Assembly: GCF_000181795.1 (NCBI RefSeq)
Contig: NW_003526945.1
Coordinates: 4,676,682-4,740,681, forward strand
Reading direction: 5' to 3'
Origin: Trichinella spiralis
Taxonomy: Eukaryota
Length of the DNA: 64,000 bases
Below the pieces are notes generated by a model. It was given only the letters and a program-made list of their open reading frames with translations, did no database searches and had not been told where the DNA came from. Both the position numbers and the translations under genes were made by a program. The first letter of the stretch is position 1, and the number at the start of each line of letters is the position of its first letter. Of this stretch, positions 49,201 through 62,491 are shown one piece after another.

Positions 49201-52151
49201 TAGCGTTCACCTCTGACCTTCGATACAAGTTCACCTTAATTCTTTCACTTCCAATAGGATTTTTCCAATCTCATCAACATTTTCACTTGTCCTATCCTTT
49301 ATGATTAATTTTATTAATTCGGTTGGCGTTGAATTTCCGCTTGATCCCAATGTAGCCTGGATGACCACTTGCTAATCGCCAATCAATCAACCATATTCAA
49401 GTATTGTTAGCTGATTATTGCTGGAGCTGCATCTGTCGTCTGTATTCTTTAGGTAAAAGTAATTTTAAACGAAACTGCTTGCTAATGCCGCGCAGATGTT
49501 TCTCACAATAAGATGCATCATTGCTTGATATAGTAGATGTACTTTACAGCAACAACTACTTGTACTTTATGAAAATGACGCGATCAACTACTGGACTGGA
49601 GGCTTTGTTCTATTAGCAGGCTTCTTTAGTAGGCGGCCTTTTCAAAGCCTATTGCTTTTCCGTTGTAAGCCACTGAAACCGTCAAATTAATCAAATAAAT
49701 TTTCACGTGCCTTATACTTTTGCAATTTAGTATCTGGGTTTCATTTTCAATTATTTTTATCATATAATTTACTAGTTTTCATTTTTTTTCAAATTGGTAT
49801 TTCAATATCTAAAGCAGTCCAAGGGAAGGGTTAAGGTGATTTTATTGTTAAAGTGAATTTGTGAAATTTTGCTGAAAAACTGACTAATAGCAGTTGATCA
49901 ACGTTTGGTTTGGTTGAATTTTCAATTAGTGAGTAAAGTTCAATTTGCTGAACACTAGCAGCAACGGATCTTTATTAAACGAATTGGATCCGTCGTTTTA
50001 TGCGAATGCGTTTTTGAATTTAAGCTCCGTGTGGAATGGAAGGATCCTTAGAAGAAGTTTGCGGTCGTCTTCTCGGTGATACTCCTCTGATTACCATGTT
50101 CAGATGTATGACGCAACAGAGTGAGAATTGTTTGAAAATACAATTTTTATTTCTATTGTATTTCAGTGAATGCTCGACCCGAAGCGTGTCCAATCAGCGA
50201 GCCCATAAATTTCACTTATATGACTTATAAAAGCGTGTGCAGCACCCATTATTCTACAGGCGTAACTTGTGCGTCCGAGTCAAAGCTTCGGTTTTTCTAT
50301 GCTGCATGTCCTGAGTCGTATGTCAGCGACAGTAAAGTAGAAGACATTGAATGCCTGGGCTCATGGAACAATGAAGGCCATAATTACTTTGCCGGTAAAT
50401 TGCTGGGAAAATCTGCTTATTCGGATTCGGAAAACTTCCGGTGCTTTGTAAGTGCTTTCAGCAGTATTTTCAGTATGGAAATTTCTTGCAGCTGTGAATT
50501 GCGTTTTCAGATTTATGACATGAAATCTCACGGCGGGCAGTTAGGTATATCTGCAGATTCAGGTTGCATGGAACTTACAGATATGGAAAATGCTGTCATT
50601 CGTTTGGATATAAAAATTGGTATGATTGTCGAATTTGTTTTCTATTATTCATTTTTATTAATTGTACGCTACAAATGTAGAAAGCAATCCGGCTGCTCAG
50701 TGTAGTTTTCCTCACTGGTTGGTGCACAAACGTGGTCAAGTTGATGCTAAAAAGATATGGCAGTCATTGACTGATAATGTTTTTTATAAATTTTACATCA
50801 ACGAAATGGTTGCTCAAGATGAGAACGATTTCAACTTGAGTCGCAGCTTATGCATAGAAACGGAAAATTACGGAATTATGGATCAGTTTGTTCTTTACTC
50901 GATCAATGATTGGTAAGCACAATGGACAGTTTTTACATCATGAAATGCAAAACGTAATTCGTAGAATAATTTATTCTAGTACGTAAAGGTAAAATATTCG
51001 AACAGAATTTTAGTGATTTTTTTGCATTACGAACTGGTAGTGATGCTAATAAATTAAAAGTATTTTTAAATAAAATTGAAAATTTTGTTCTTGAACTTGA
51101 AGTTGTAATAAAGTGTGGCAGTTGTTATGCATAAATTGTTTGCTAAAAGTTTGCAAAAAATTTCAGTGAACGTGGTTACCAGTGCATGAAAATTTACAAG
51201 AGGAATTCAATGATCATCGAAATTATGAGAGGGTATTTGGCGCCAACAGCTTTTCAAGCTTGTAATGAACATTACTTTTCACAGAAGAGAATACCATTTG
51301 AAACGCTCATAAGTATGTCGAACAAAATACTTAATTGTCAAATTTAAATTTTTGTTCACAAATACAACAACTTCAACGTTGTAAAAACAAGTGTACAAAA
51401 TTATACTGTACAGCAGCGTGTACTTGTGAACAAATTATAATTTGAACTAGATTATTTAATGATACTGTTATTGCTTTTGCTATTCAGAAATTGAATTTTA
51501 ATGAAATAATTTATAGACACTGAGCAAGTAGAACAGAAGTGTCCAAATCAAGGCTTATACAGGATCGAGGGATGTGATGAGCAAGAATCGGTAATTTCAT
51601 TCGGATGCACAGAAGAGCACAAGTTGGAAATTGATATGAAATGTGATGAACAACATTCCAGTAAGTAAAACAGTTTCAGCAGTTTTTCTGTTTTATAAAT
51701 TGAATACACTTCAGAAAAGTATGACTGTCTTGGACACTGGGAACAGGGTGATATCACGTACTTGGTCTTAAAAGAGACAACAACGGGTCAAACAAGCTGT
51801 GCGGTAATTAATATAAAATCTATTCAATAATAAATAATTTTATGAGAAAAAAAATGTATTAAAGGTGTATTCTCATAACAAAGACAACGTAGTGAACATG
51901 TCGACGGTGAACCGTCATTCGTGCCGTCGAACTTTGATGTCTGAACAAGAAAATAAGCAGTATATCACTTTCAGACCCAGTGGTAAAACTCTGATACGTA
52001 TAAATCTGTATAAAATGCACATTAGCTCTTTTTCATAGGTATATGTGGATCCAGTGCATCTTCTTTTGTCATTTATTCAAAGTGGATTATAATTTGCCTT
52101 TTGGTGAATCATCTGTTTTGCAATTTTGATTATGGAAAAAAGAACAAATGA
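43285..52151 (+). CDS. Secreted or membrane-anchored Cys-rich protein, probably of the invertebrate DUF7044/DUF7042/DUF7043 type
   Basis: Signal-peptide exon 43285-43420 ([24 protein letters not shown]), a 5.1 kb intron, then about 11 exons from 48551 to 52151. Repeated modules [11 protein letters not shown] / CSFPHWL and IECLGSWNN / YDCLGHWEQ; hydrophobic tail [19 protein letters not shown]. Confidence 0.8.
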
Positions 52152-54323
52152 ATCACAGCAACACAATTTTTTCTGTAGAACAGAAATACCATCATAAACT
52201 TTGCAGTTGCTGTTTTTAAAAGAAGCACATGATTTTTTTGCTACGGTGAAAAGAAAACGAAAATTCGGCTCTCGACGAATGCTAAAAAGTCATCGTCAAT
52301 GCAATTCCGGTTGTTAAATTACAAATATAAGCACAAAATATTTGTGTATAAAATGATAAAATGAAACGTTGAAAATAAATGAAAATTTTCTTTCAGTTAC
52401 AGTTATGAAATTGAAAAAGTTTGCAGAGACAAAAACGTTTTTGCATTTTTAGTGAAATGACGCGACTTTGTGCGTTGCATGATCGATAATATAATCAATA
52501 CTGAAAGAAGCTGCTTTGAAAAGACCTTCTCGTTATGCAAATAACATACCACATGATTATATTGACATTTTATAATATTGGAAACATGAATGATAATATA
52601 TGATATCACTGATTGTAATACTAGGCTGTTCGGATCGAATGCAATCTGCACTTTTCCCTTCTGGGGCCGTTTACCCTAACCATCGTTGACGTCACGGATT
52701 TCGCTAGTCGTTAATTGCATCACATTTTGATTTTGAATAATTTCTTGCACTCGAAAAAGAAATACACTTTTCGTGAATACTAATATTTTCTCTTTACTAA
52801 TTTTTAAAAAATATTAATAAATATTGTACTTTAGTTTAAATCATAAAATAAAAGTAAAAAGTATTTAAAAAATATCTCAATTAGCTATAAGTCATTTTCA
52901 ATATAAGCTTTATGGCTATGGTTTGAAAAACTAACAGTTTCAGTGTTGTTTGTAATCAATGTCCAACAATTACTTTTTAAATCAACTTTCATTGCTACAG
53001 TATGCAATAAAAAGTACAAAGGTTTTATTTTGAACTGTAGATGTAATCGAAGAATTAAACAATTGTGTTGTATAATTTTTCAGAATTTCATCTGTATATC
53101 AATGCTGTAAAAATTTCTTACATAATTGTTATTGCTATTGCTGTTTCAGTTAAAAGCATATATGCTTACTAATCAAAATGTTCATCACAAAAGCACAACA
53201 AAAATTATATTGCATTAATTTATTTTTGAAAAAATTGTCAAATAATTTAAAAATAAAATAATTTTAATTTTTATGCTCTACAGTAGAACTTCTTACATGT
53301 ACTGAAATATGGTAAACAAAATTTTCAGTTTGTGTTGAAATAATGATTTAAAAATAAAATTTAATTTACTACAATAACTGTCATTAAATTTAATACTTTT
53401 TCAGTTTAAACTTCTCAATAAGGAGTTATTTCAATTTACAAAAATTGTATTGTATTAGTGGGTACAAATCCGAATGATCCGAATGATTGTACGTAGAATG
53501 GGTTTACTATTTGCGTTGGATGTGGAAAATGACTTTCATTTTATGTATAATAAATTCTTTTTTTGTAAAGAAAATGAAAAATGATCACAAAAAAGTTTAG
53601 TTGAATAGCTGGAATAGTCACAGCATCCGGTCTGGAGCGGCAGAATTGAACGAAAAAAATGCTGAAAGAAAGTAATTAGTTTGAGGTGAATTTTTATTGC
53701 AAATGATTTCTTCTACTTGAAATTGCGACGAAATTCAAATTTCTGTTGCTCAATTTAAACTTATATTAAAATAAATACATTTCGTTTTTTAAATTTCTTT
53801 GTTATCAAAATATGCAGTGTGTAGTCTGAAAATGAGTATTGTTGTTGTTCAAGTGTACATCTTTCCTCCGCTGTTTACTATTCAAATTTAATTCATATTT
53901 GATTATGATAATTTGTTAATAAGAAATATACATATTACTTTTAGAATTTCGAACATCATCAACTAATTTGTTTATTATTTGAACAGTAATGTTGATGGTG
54001 TTTTTAATTGGTTTAAATCTAAAAAAGGGTTTGATCTATAGGTGGTTATATATTTTGCCAGTGATGCAGCGAAAATGAAGAAACAAAAAGCCGCCTGTCA
54101 CGTCAAGCCGCTGAAAGGCAGGCAACCTGCAACCACCGGGCGCCGCTCTGATGCGTTTGCTTCTACTCGCTTGCAGCTAGCCGGCACGACGAGGCTGATC
54201 AATTTCACCGGCGAAGCTTCATCTATTTAGACGCGAGTCTGTCTTGGCCGACCTGCAGAAGTTCACGGAATTTACTTTTCAATATACCTAAGTGGAGATT
54301 ATGCTTTCGAATCCAACTTGAAC

Positions 54324-57300
54324 ATGTCCCGCTTTGGAACTACAGTAAGAATATTTTTGTTTAATAATTTTCATATTATAATGATAATTTACAACGGCAA
54401 CATTTTATTTCTTTGCTTTCGTTTCATATTATTTTTCGTTGTTAATTGATGAATTATTGAAAAATGCTTTTGATTTTTTCTTCCATTTTAATTCTCTCCA
54501 CTTGCTAGCTTTGAAAAAATTTAAGATTGAGCATTGTTGAAAAATAATTTCTTCATAATTTTATTTTAATTTCAAAAAATTATTTGTTTTCTCATATTTA
54601 ATTCAGCGAGTGTTTTTCGTATGGTTGTTATTTTTTCTTTCCATCTCTAACTCTCTTACTCTTGCTCTCTTTTGCTTTCTTTCTCCTCCTCCTCCTCCTC
54701 CTCCTCCTCACTCCATCTACATTTTTGCTTTGCTGCGTTGCTACTTTTCCATCTGTCTTTTCTTTTCTTTTTTCTCACTCAATTTCTAGACGTAAATTAT
54801 TAACTTGCATTAACAGCCGCCTTCCAATTGCTCCGGAAAATTGCACTATTTGCTTCTTTCATTTTGAAATCCTTTACAGATTATTCACTCACTCATAAAG
54901 CAATGCCATTCAGTGTTTTCTTATCAATATTATTATTTTTAACCGAAAAATATTTACACTGCAGTTGAATTAATGCTCACGCATCACAATCAGTAATTAA
55001 TGCTTGCGTCTATATATACATCTATACTAACATGCAAGCAACATATTTGTAACTGGCGTATTAATTTGCAACAGTGCAATTCGTGATGTTTCACTTAACG
55101 TTGTGGGTGTAAATTTTTGCAAATTACCGACAAACACTTATTCAACATGTAAATGAAATTTATTGGATTTTTTAGTTGAAAATATTTTTTCCAATTCTAT
55201 CATTTGCATGTATAAAATGTCTTGTTTCATAACTGGGAATTGGATTTAATTTTATAATAAAAATGCTTTGGGCGAAAAAAAATTACTTGTAAAGCAATTT
55301 TTTTCATTTAAATGCTCCAGTTTAATCACCAATGGCAGATGGTTTTAAAGCTATGCATGCGAGCAATAAATGCGTTGAAATGATGGCAATTTTGTGCTGT
55401 GAGAGACAGCTAAGAGAAGTTGTAAAATATTTGATGAATTTTTCTTTTTATACGTTAAAAGAGAATCTCTTTCGTGATATTGGAGGTAATTTTACATCAC
55501 TGAACTATATATATATGTCTATATCTATAAATGTAATTAGTTTTCAAAAACTTTGAAAGACTTTTTTTGCAAACACCATTACACGCATGTTTAACTGCTC
55601 AAGACTAGCCATGTGTTGTTTTATTGGATAATTTTCTGCAAATGCAGTTACAACACAGAATGCTTTTTCTCTGTAGTTCAAGTAAGTGAATAAATCTGGC
55701 ATTGAAGAAATGCTTGCATGTGGTTTTTTTAATTCAAAAAAAGTGCGCGTTTTTTTGAATGATTTGTTAATAATTATAAATCCGCAGATTGTCAGTTGCG
55801 TCATTGTAATCTTGTGGAAATTGTTTTACTTGAAAAAAAACGATCAATCTGATAAAGCAGATTTAGTTTCTGTATACGTCAGCTGACAAATTGTTCATCT
55901 GAGTGGAGTGGGAATTTCTGTCAGATGTTGAGAAATGTGCCTTGATCACCTCCATTTCCGGCACAGCTGGTGCGTTGGCAGAGCAAACTTCAATCAGTGG
56001 ATTAGAAATTGTTTTCTTTATACCATTACGTAGCTTTCGATGATATTAGCATCTTTATCTTCCATGGTTGTTTTGTTTTCTTTTTGTTTTACAGTCTTAT
56101 TAATTTTTGGAAATTCATATTTGCAAAGTTTTACAAAAAAAGAAGAGATAATATTTTATTCGCACATGAAATGAATTAATTGAGAATCAACAACACGTGT
56201 TAAGAATGAAACATCCGAATTGATTATAAAATGATCTGTTTGTTATTAAAAAATATGAAATTATTTATTTATAAATTATCAAAGTTACTAGGATAGATTT
56301 TATTGATGTTTCGTATAAACTACTTAAAATTATCATGTTTTCCACTTACTTTAAACGTCAATTGACTGCTTCAACTTAATGTGCGCGTGTCATCTGACTA
56401 AGTGTCATGTGCTACTCGGTGGCAATCGATCATATCCTGCGGCTTTTGCTTTTTCCAAACCGCTGAATATGCATATGTATATATGTATAAATCAGTTGAT
56501 ATTTTCAGATTGTTGAATAAGAAAAAAGTTCTTTTTAATCAGTACTGTTGACGCTCAGTTTATTGATAATTTTTCAACTTTTCTTCTTATATTTAAAATT
56601 TCAAAATTCTGCTCTTCTGTTATAATTAATATCATGTTTTGATAAATTCAATTCGTGTCAATTTTTTCATACCTTTTTTTATTTGAGCTTCATAATTTGG
56701 AAATTATTTTATAAAGTAAACTTTCCAATCTTAAAATGATTGCTTTAAATTAAAATATTTTAGCACCTAGTACAAGTGATCATTGTGATTTGTGAGTTTG
56801 GATTTTGCATTTCATTTTCATGCAATAGTGCAATATAATAATAATTCAAACATATTTCAAACTTTATAATAATTTAGTCTAAGTGCAATGGCTTTCAACT
56901 GCTAAAGTCTTTGTTCAAGCGGAGGTGATTACTTTCTGTTGTAGCATATTATCATCATTAGCATATATATTTTGATTGACCCAACTGTTTGGTGTGATCA
57001 GTAACCGATTTTTGAAATTTAAATTTAAATTTAAGCGCAAATTTTCCAAACTACACCAAGAAATGTTTTCAAACACGTGCTTTTGCAAGCTGCAAATCAT
57101 TGCATATTCTTTGATTGGAATGTTGGTTGTTTTTACGTTGCTTCAGACCAAAAAGTCAAGCAATATTTTACCTCTTTTCGGTTGTTTTGCGCCTCAATTC
57201 CAACTAGTTATATTGAATTGCAAAATTGTGTGTAACAGGCAAATTTTATCTTCAATAATAATAATAATAAGCAGTTGATTTTTGTTCGAACAAATAAATA

Positions 57301-60300
57301 TATGCTTGTTTGTCAGTAGGGAAGTTCAATTCAGTGTTGCATAATTTTTGCTGTTTGTTTATTGAATAAGGCCATTACGCTAGTTGCTAGTTCAGTTCAG
57401 TTCTAGTAGCGTCCATTCTGGAAAGATTAAAATAGCTTGAATATTTGAGCTGGATTTTTTTGCGTAGCTATTTAAATGAACGCATGTTTATTTTAGAAAA
57501 AAAGCAAATGCTTAATAAAATGAAGAATTAGAAGCAATAACGTCGTCATTGTACTAATTTTTCCAGTTTCAATTTCAGTAACTTGCTTCTATACAATGGT
57601 GGTTGGTTTTGTTTTGTTATGTTTTGTTCATGTCATCTTTTTTTTTGGTATGATTTAAAATTTCATTTAAAAATATGACGAACACCAATTATCCATCATC
57701 TGTATGTGTAAAAATTTACATGCAGTGCAAATTTTTATCTGACACGATCAGTAGAAATTCATATTCATGAAAGTAGCTGGAAAGATTTACATTAATTTAC
57801 TTTTTCTCATCTGAGCTAAGAAAAAATCCAATCTTAATTGTACTGAAGCAGAAGTTGCATTTGCAGGACTATAATTCGTTGCCAAGAAAGTTTCATGGAT
57901 ACAATGAGTCACCGCGTTATCATTACGTAAGTGCAGTTTTATTCACCGCTTATTGTGAATTAATAAAAATGTCTTTGCAGCTTAGCGATCATGCAGTGTC
58001 AAGAGATTATGACTCAAGCCGTTTTTTGGGCGATTCTTTGACAACAAGTGTTCCACCGCGTCGCTCTTCAACTGGCTATAGTAATTTGGATCCAGGTTTC
58101 AGCTCGAATTATCTGCACAGTTCATATGGAAATTTACTTGCAAGCACACCAATTGCAAGTCAAAAAAAATACAACTACAGCTTTGAAAACATTCGAGACA
58201 AGTAAGGGAGGGCTTTTTTTTTAAATTTTAAATCAAACGAATGACAAACAGACAATACATACAAACATATATCGGTGTAAATATTTATGAAATCAAGTTA
58301 TTAAAATTACACGAATTTTATACATTGAGTTTATATTATTTTTTAAATAATTTTCTGTTATTTTATTTTATTTTATTTTATTTTGCTATACCTTATACAG
58401 TTATTCGAATGCAAAATGAAGATTCATTTTTAAGATATAATGAATATAGTCCACGAAAGTCAACATATTCGTTGCATTCTACTTCATCAAATCATCGTAA
58501 TTACTCACCTTCTCATTATGGTAGCCGACTGACTCCTACCCGTACTGTTTGGAATACGCATCATGCTGATTTATCCCCTCCTGTATGGTCAAGGCAGTCT
58601 CCTAGTGCGGAATCAGTGAAGACAAGGTTATCTTCAGAAAACGAGACGTCTTCTTCTCAAACGACGAGCAGTACTCGAGGAAATGTTGCACAAGATTCAA
58701 CATTCAAACATACTGATCATGAATCATCTGAAAAGTTGCATACAGATCCGTCAGAATGTAGAGAGACAAATTCTGTCAAAGAGACATCGTCTTCATCTAG
58801 TTGTGAGAATAGCAGTTCTGAAAAGAAAGCTCGTTTATCTAGTGAAGAAGAAGAAGAAGAAGAAGAGGATTATCATTTTGATCAAACTATTGGTACTGAG
58901 TTGATATCAAAAGATGCTGATGATCCGAGTCAAGCAAGTTACAACTCAGCGGCATCCCAAGGTTCAGATCTGAACAAAAGTGAAGAAGCTAATGATGCTG
59001 ACAGTGTAAAATATTCTGAAAGTGCATCATATGAAAGTGGATTATCACATGGTACACCACCTTGGCAACAGTTTTGCGACTATGAATACGCAACAGAAAG
59101 TGATGAAGAAAAAGGTGGTGATGATGATGAATCTGGAAAAGGTGATGAAAATGTGAATCAGTTTTATCATCTTTGTGTATTAGAAGATGAAGAAGAATCT
59201 GCAGAACCAGCAAAAAATAATACAGCCGATATCTCTGCTGATAACACATATGTAGCCCCTCCTTGGGAACAGTTTTGCGATTACGGTTTATCACAAGAAG
59301 AAGATGACGAAGAAGACGAAGATGATGAAAAGAAAACATCTGAAAAAAGCAAAGATGACGGCACACAGAATCTTTCCACTTACGATCCATCTGTTTGGAA
59401 TCAGTTTTGTGACTACTCCATTTCACAAGCTGAAGAGGATGAGCAGCTGGAAAAGTTGGAGGTGGAAGACAGTGAAAAATCTTCTACTTCTTCTATACCT
59501 CCATGGCAACAGTTTTGTGATTACAACATGTCAGCGGATGAAGAAGTGGAAAACACATCTGCAAGCGATGCTTCTAACGCGTGGCGACAGTTTTGTGATT
59601 ACGATGAAAATACAGCAGTGCCAAAAATTGACATCCAGTTAGCCGAAGACAAAGAGCAGATACATCAAAAACAAAGTGGGGACGATGCAGACCATTTGAA
59701 AGTAGCAGCAGTTCCAACAGCCAGTGAATCTGAAGACACTACTGATGATGAAATGCCAACACCCGTCCGACGCATCAGTCAAGTGCAGATGCTTTCTTTG
59801 TCACCATCTAATTCCAGTTATGCGGGGTTTTCATCATCAGACTATGACTCAGATTACGAGACGAGCTTAGACAGCCGAGATAAGAAATATCCCATTTTTA
59901 TGCTAAAACAGGAACAGCCTGAAGAACGAGGTCGGGTAGAGCCGCATCTAGCTCAACCAGCGCCTGTGTTCAGCATTACACTTGATTACAGTGAGTGCAC
60001 AGATGAAGATGAAGCGGAAGAAGAGGCGGAAGGTGATGAAGAGGAAGTATCTGAATATGAAGATCTGAGTGATCGTGAATACAGTGACGACGATATGGTT
60101 ATGAAAAGTGCTTTGACTTCATCAGATTACAGTGATCAGTTTTGGACGTTGCAAGGTGAGCATCCCGAAACAACGGGTCTTACAACAGATGACGAAGATT
60201 TGGCTGTTTCTATGAGAACTTCTCCAATCAGTAATGACAACCATGCAGAGTTAAAGCAGCCCAGCAAAACTGCTTCACCCGTACCGAGCACAGTTGAGGA

Positions 60301-62491
60301 CGAATCCAAGTTGTTGATGCAGTATGCGGATAAATTACACGTGAATGACAATGAAGCGCTGGCCAGTTTCACCTACGAGCAACCGCCAGCGTTGCACATA
60401 GCATCCGTAGGCGAACTGCAAAGTGACCGAGCATTATTAACGCAAACCTGCCAGCCTAGAGTTGGAATTGCAGAGAAATATGACGATGGACCTGAACGAG
60501 TTTCCGAAATGGCAACTGTAAATTGCTCAAAAAGTGAAGAGCCAAAAATAAGTTTGACAGAAATTGAGCAAAAGCTGCAATATGCTAAGCAGATAGAAGA
60601 GCGATGGCCTAGTCATTGGGCTGACAGGTACGAATGGCGCCGTCCATCCGTTTGCATGGCGATCCGGCGTGTTGCCAAAGGCGTTGCGGAGGTGGCCCGT
60701 GTGGCGCCAAAAATTCAATTTCACTTCGCCGATTTGAAATTGAACCTTCGGCGTGCGTCAGTTTGCCAGCACGAAATCAAATTCGTCTTCCCAGAGTTGT
60801 ACAAACCGAAGAAACCGTCACTGGCTCTGGCACGTCTGTCCGTGGTGCCGAAGCAGCCACTGAACACAGCCATCTTGGCAATACAGCCCATTATTCGACG
60901 CTCGGAACGTCGAGACAGTCGAATTCCAGCTACAACTGCTGCAGATGTTGCTGAACAGCGGTCGCAGGCTAGTAGAAAAAAATCACTGATGATTGAGCGG
61001 ATGAGTGAGAAGTTCAAAGACGGCCCTCCGGCGCCACTGTTGCCAAGTGTCAGCACAGCCCCGGTGCCGAAGCAGGCACCAAAATCAGAAGAGCCCAGTT
61101 TTGAGCAGCAATTGGAAGAGTTGCGCCGTAAAATGCACCTAGGTGCTAGTCAGTTTTCCGAGCAAGCGAAAAGTCTGAGTCGTGGTATTGGTGAAGGAAC
61201 CTCGAGCCGCAAGCTTGCAGCTCAGAGTGAAGTAACCCGTTCTCTGATGAGCGAGGCGACAAATTTACGCCAGAAAGCTTCTGAACAGTGCGAACAGTTG
61301 AAACAGTCTAAGTTGGACAAAAACCAGAGCATCTCTTCTGACAAGAGCAGAACCGCTCGAGCGGTTCCAAGTTCTACATCAGAAATTGCGGAAAATGAGG
61401 CGAAATCGCTTGAATCACCGAAATCAGTTCCGACAGACACTCGCAAGTCCACAACAACAATCAGGCAACCCCAGAAAGTTGCTTCTCCGTTTTTTCATAA
61501 GGAAAAGCAAGAAGTTATGGCAAATCAAGAATTGGAGCGATCCAAAGAAGCGTTGAATCGTAAAAGGCAAGAGTTGAAAGCTGCCGAAGCTGCAAAAGCT
61601 GCCGTTGGTAAGGCCAAAGAAGCAGAAGTTTCACCATTAGCGACTACTGATGGTCACGCTAAATCAGTGGAACAAGCGAAGCAGCCGACTGGTGTTGCTT
61701 CTGTGGACGTTGGAAAACAACGACCGACTGAATCGGCAGCACAGTTGGAACAATCTACAATAGCTTCGAAGCGAACAACCGCCGGATGCAGTCCCGTTCC
61801 GGCCACTGCCCAACCCAAGCAGATGGTTGCTGTGGGTAAACAGAAACCCGTGGCCCAAGTAGCCCAAGTGCAAAAATCATCAATCAAACGTGGTGAAATG
61901 GTCGATCAGGGTAGTGCTTCCGATGTGAAAATTCACAGCACACCCGTGAAAGATGAAGCAACTGTTATTAGGCAGGCCAAGCAGCCAGTCTATGCTCAGC
62001 TAGTGGGAATTCGAGGATCTGATGTAAAGCAACAAGCTCAAGTAGTAGTACCGAAATTGCCTCTGACAAAACCGTTCAAATGGAAACGTCCCAAAGCGAA
62101 ATCGCATCACCGTCGTAACAATCGCCTCATCAGTTCGTTGCGTGACATTGATGAACTTCTCGGTTTGAAAAATCGAATCAAAACTTTCGATCAGTTCGAA
62201 GTGTTTCTGGGCAATTGTGCGAAAGATATCCGCCGACGTGAACAAAATGTCCCACCCAACGGTGCTGCGATGTGGTCGCCGAGAAAAATTTACATTTATG
62301 CCGATGCTGTTGATGCGGATGTTGTCTTCTACAGTAGAAAAGATTTGCAACAGCTTTTGGAATTGTTCAGCCCTTCTAGCAAAATCACGTTCAATTATGA
62401 TTTTTCCGAGAAAACAAAGCCAACTTCGAAATGGGCTAATCACTCTTCCAACGTTGGTCGGCTACAAAACAGAGGAATTTCAAAAAGCAAG
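54324..62491 (+). CDS. Large, mostly low-complexity protein of unknown function (>1500 aa, 3' end not resolved)
   Basis: Candidate exons 54324-54344 (MSRFGTT), 57867-57926, 57981-58201 and a giant exon 58401-62491 ending AAG|GTAAGC. One homopolymer correction is needed to join exon 3 to exon 4. The acidic half carries WxQFCDY repeats; the second half is basic, Ala/Lys-rich and partly coiled-coil-like. Confidence 0.75.
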
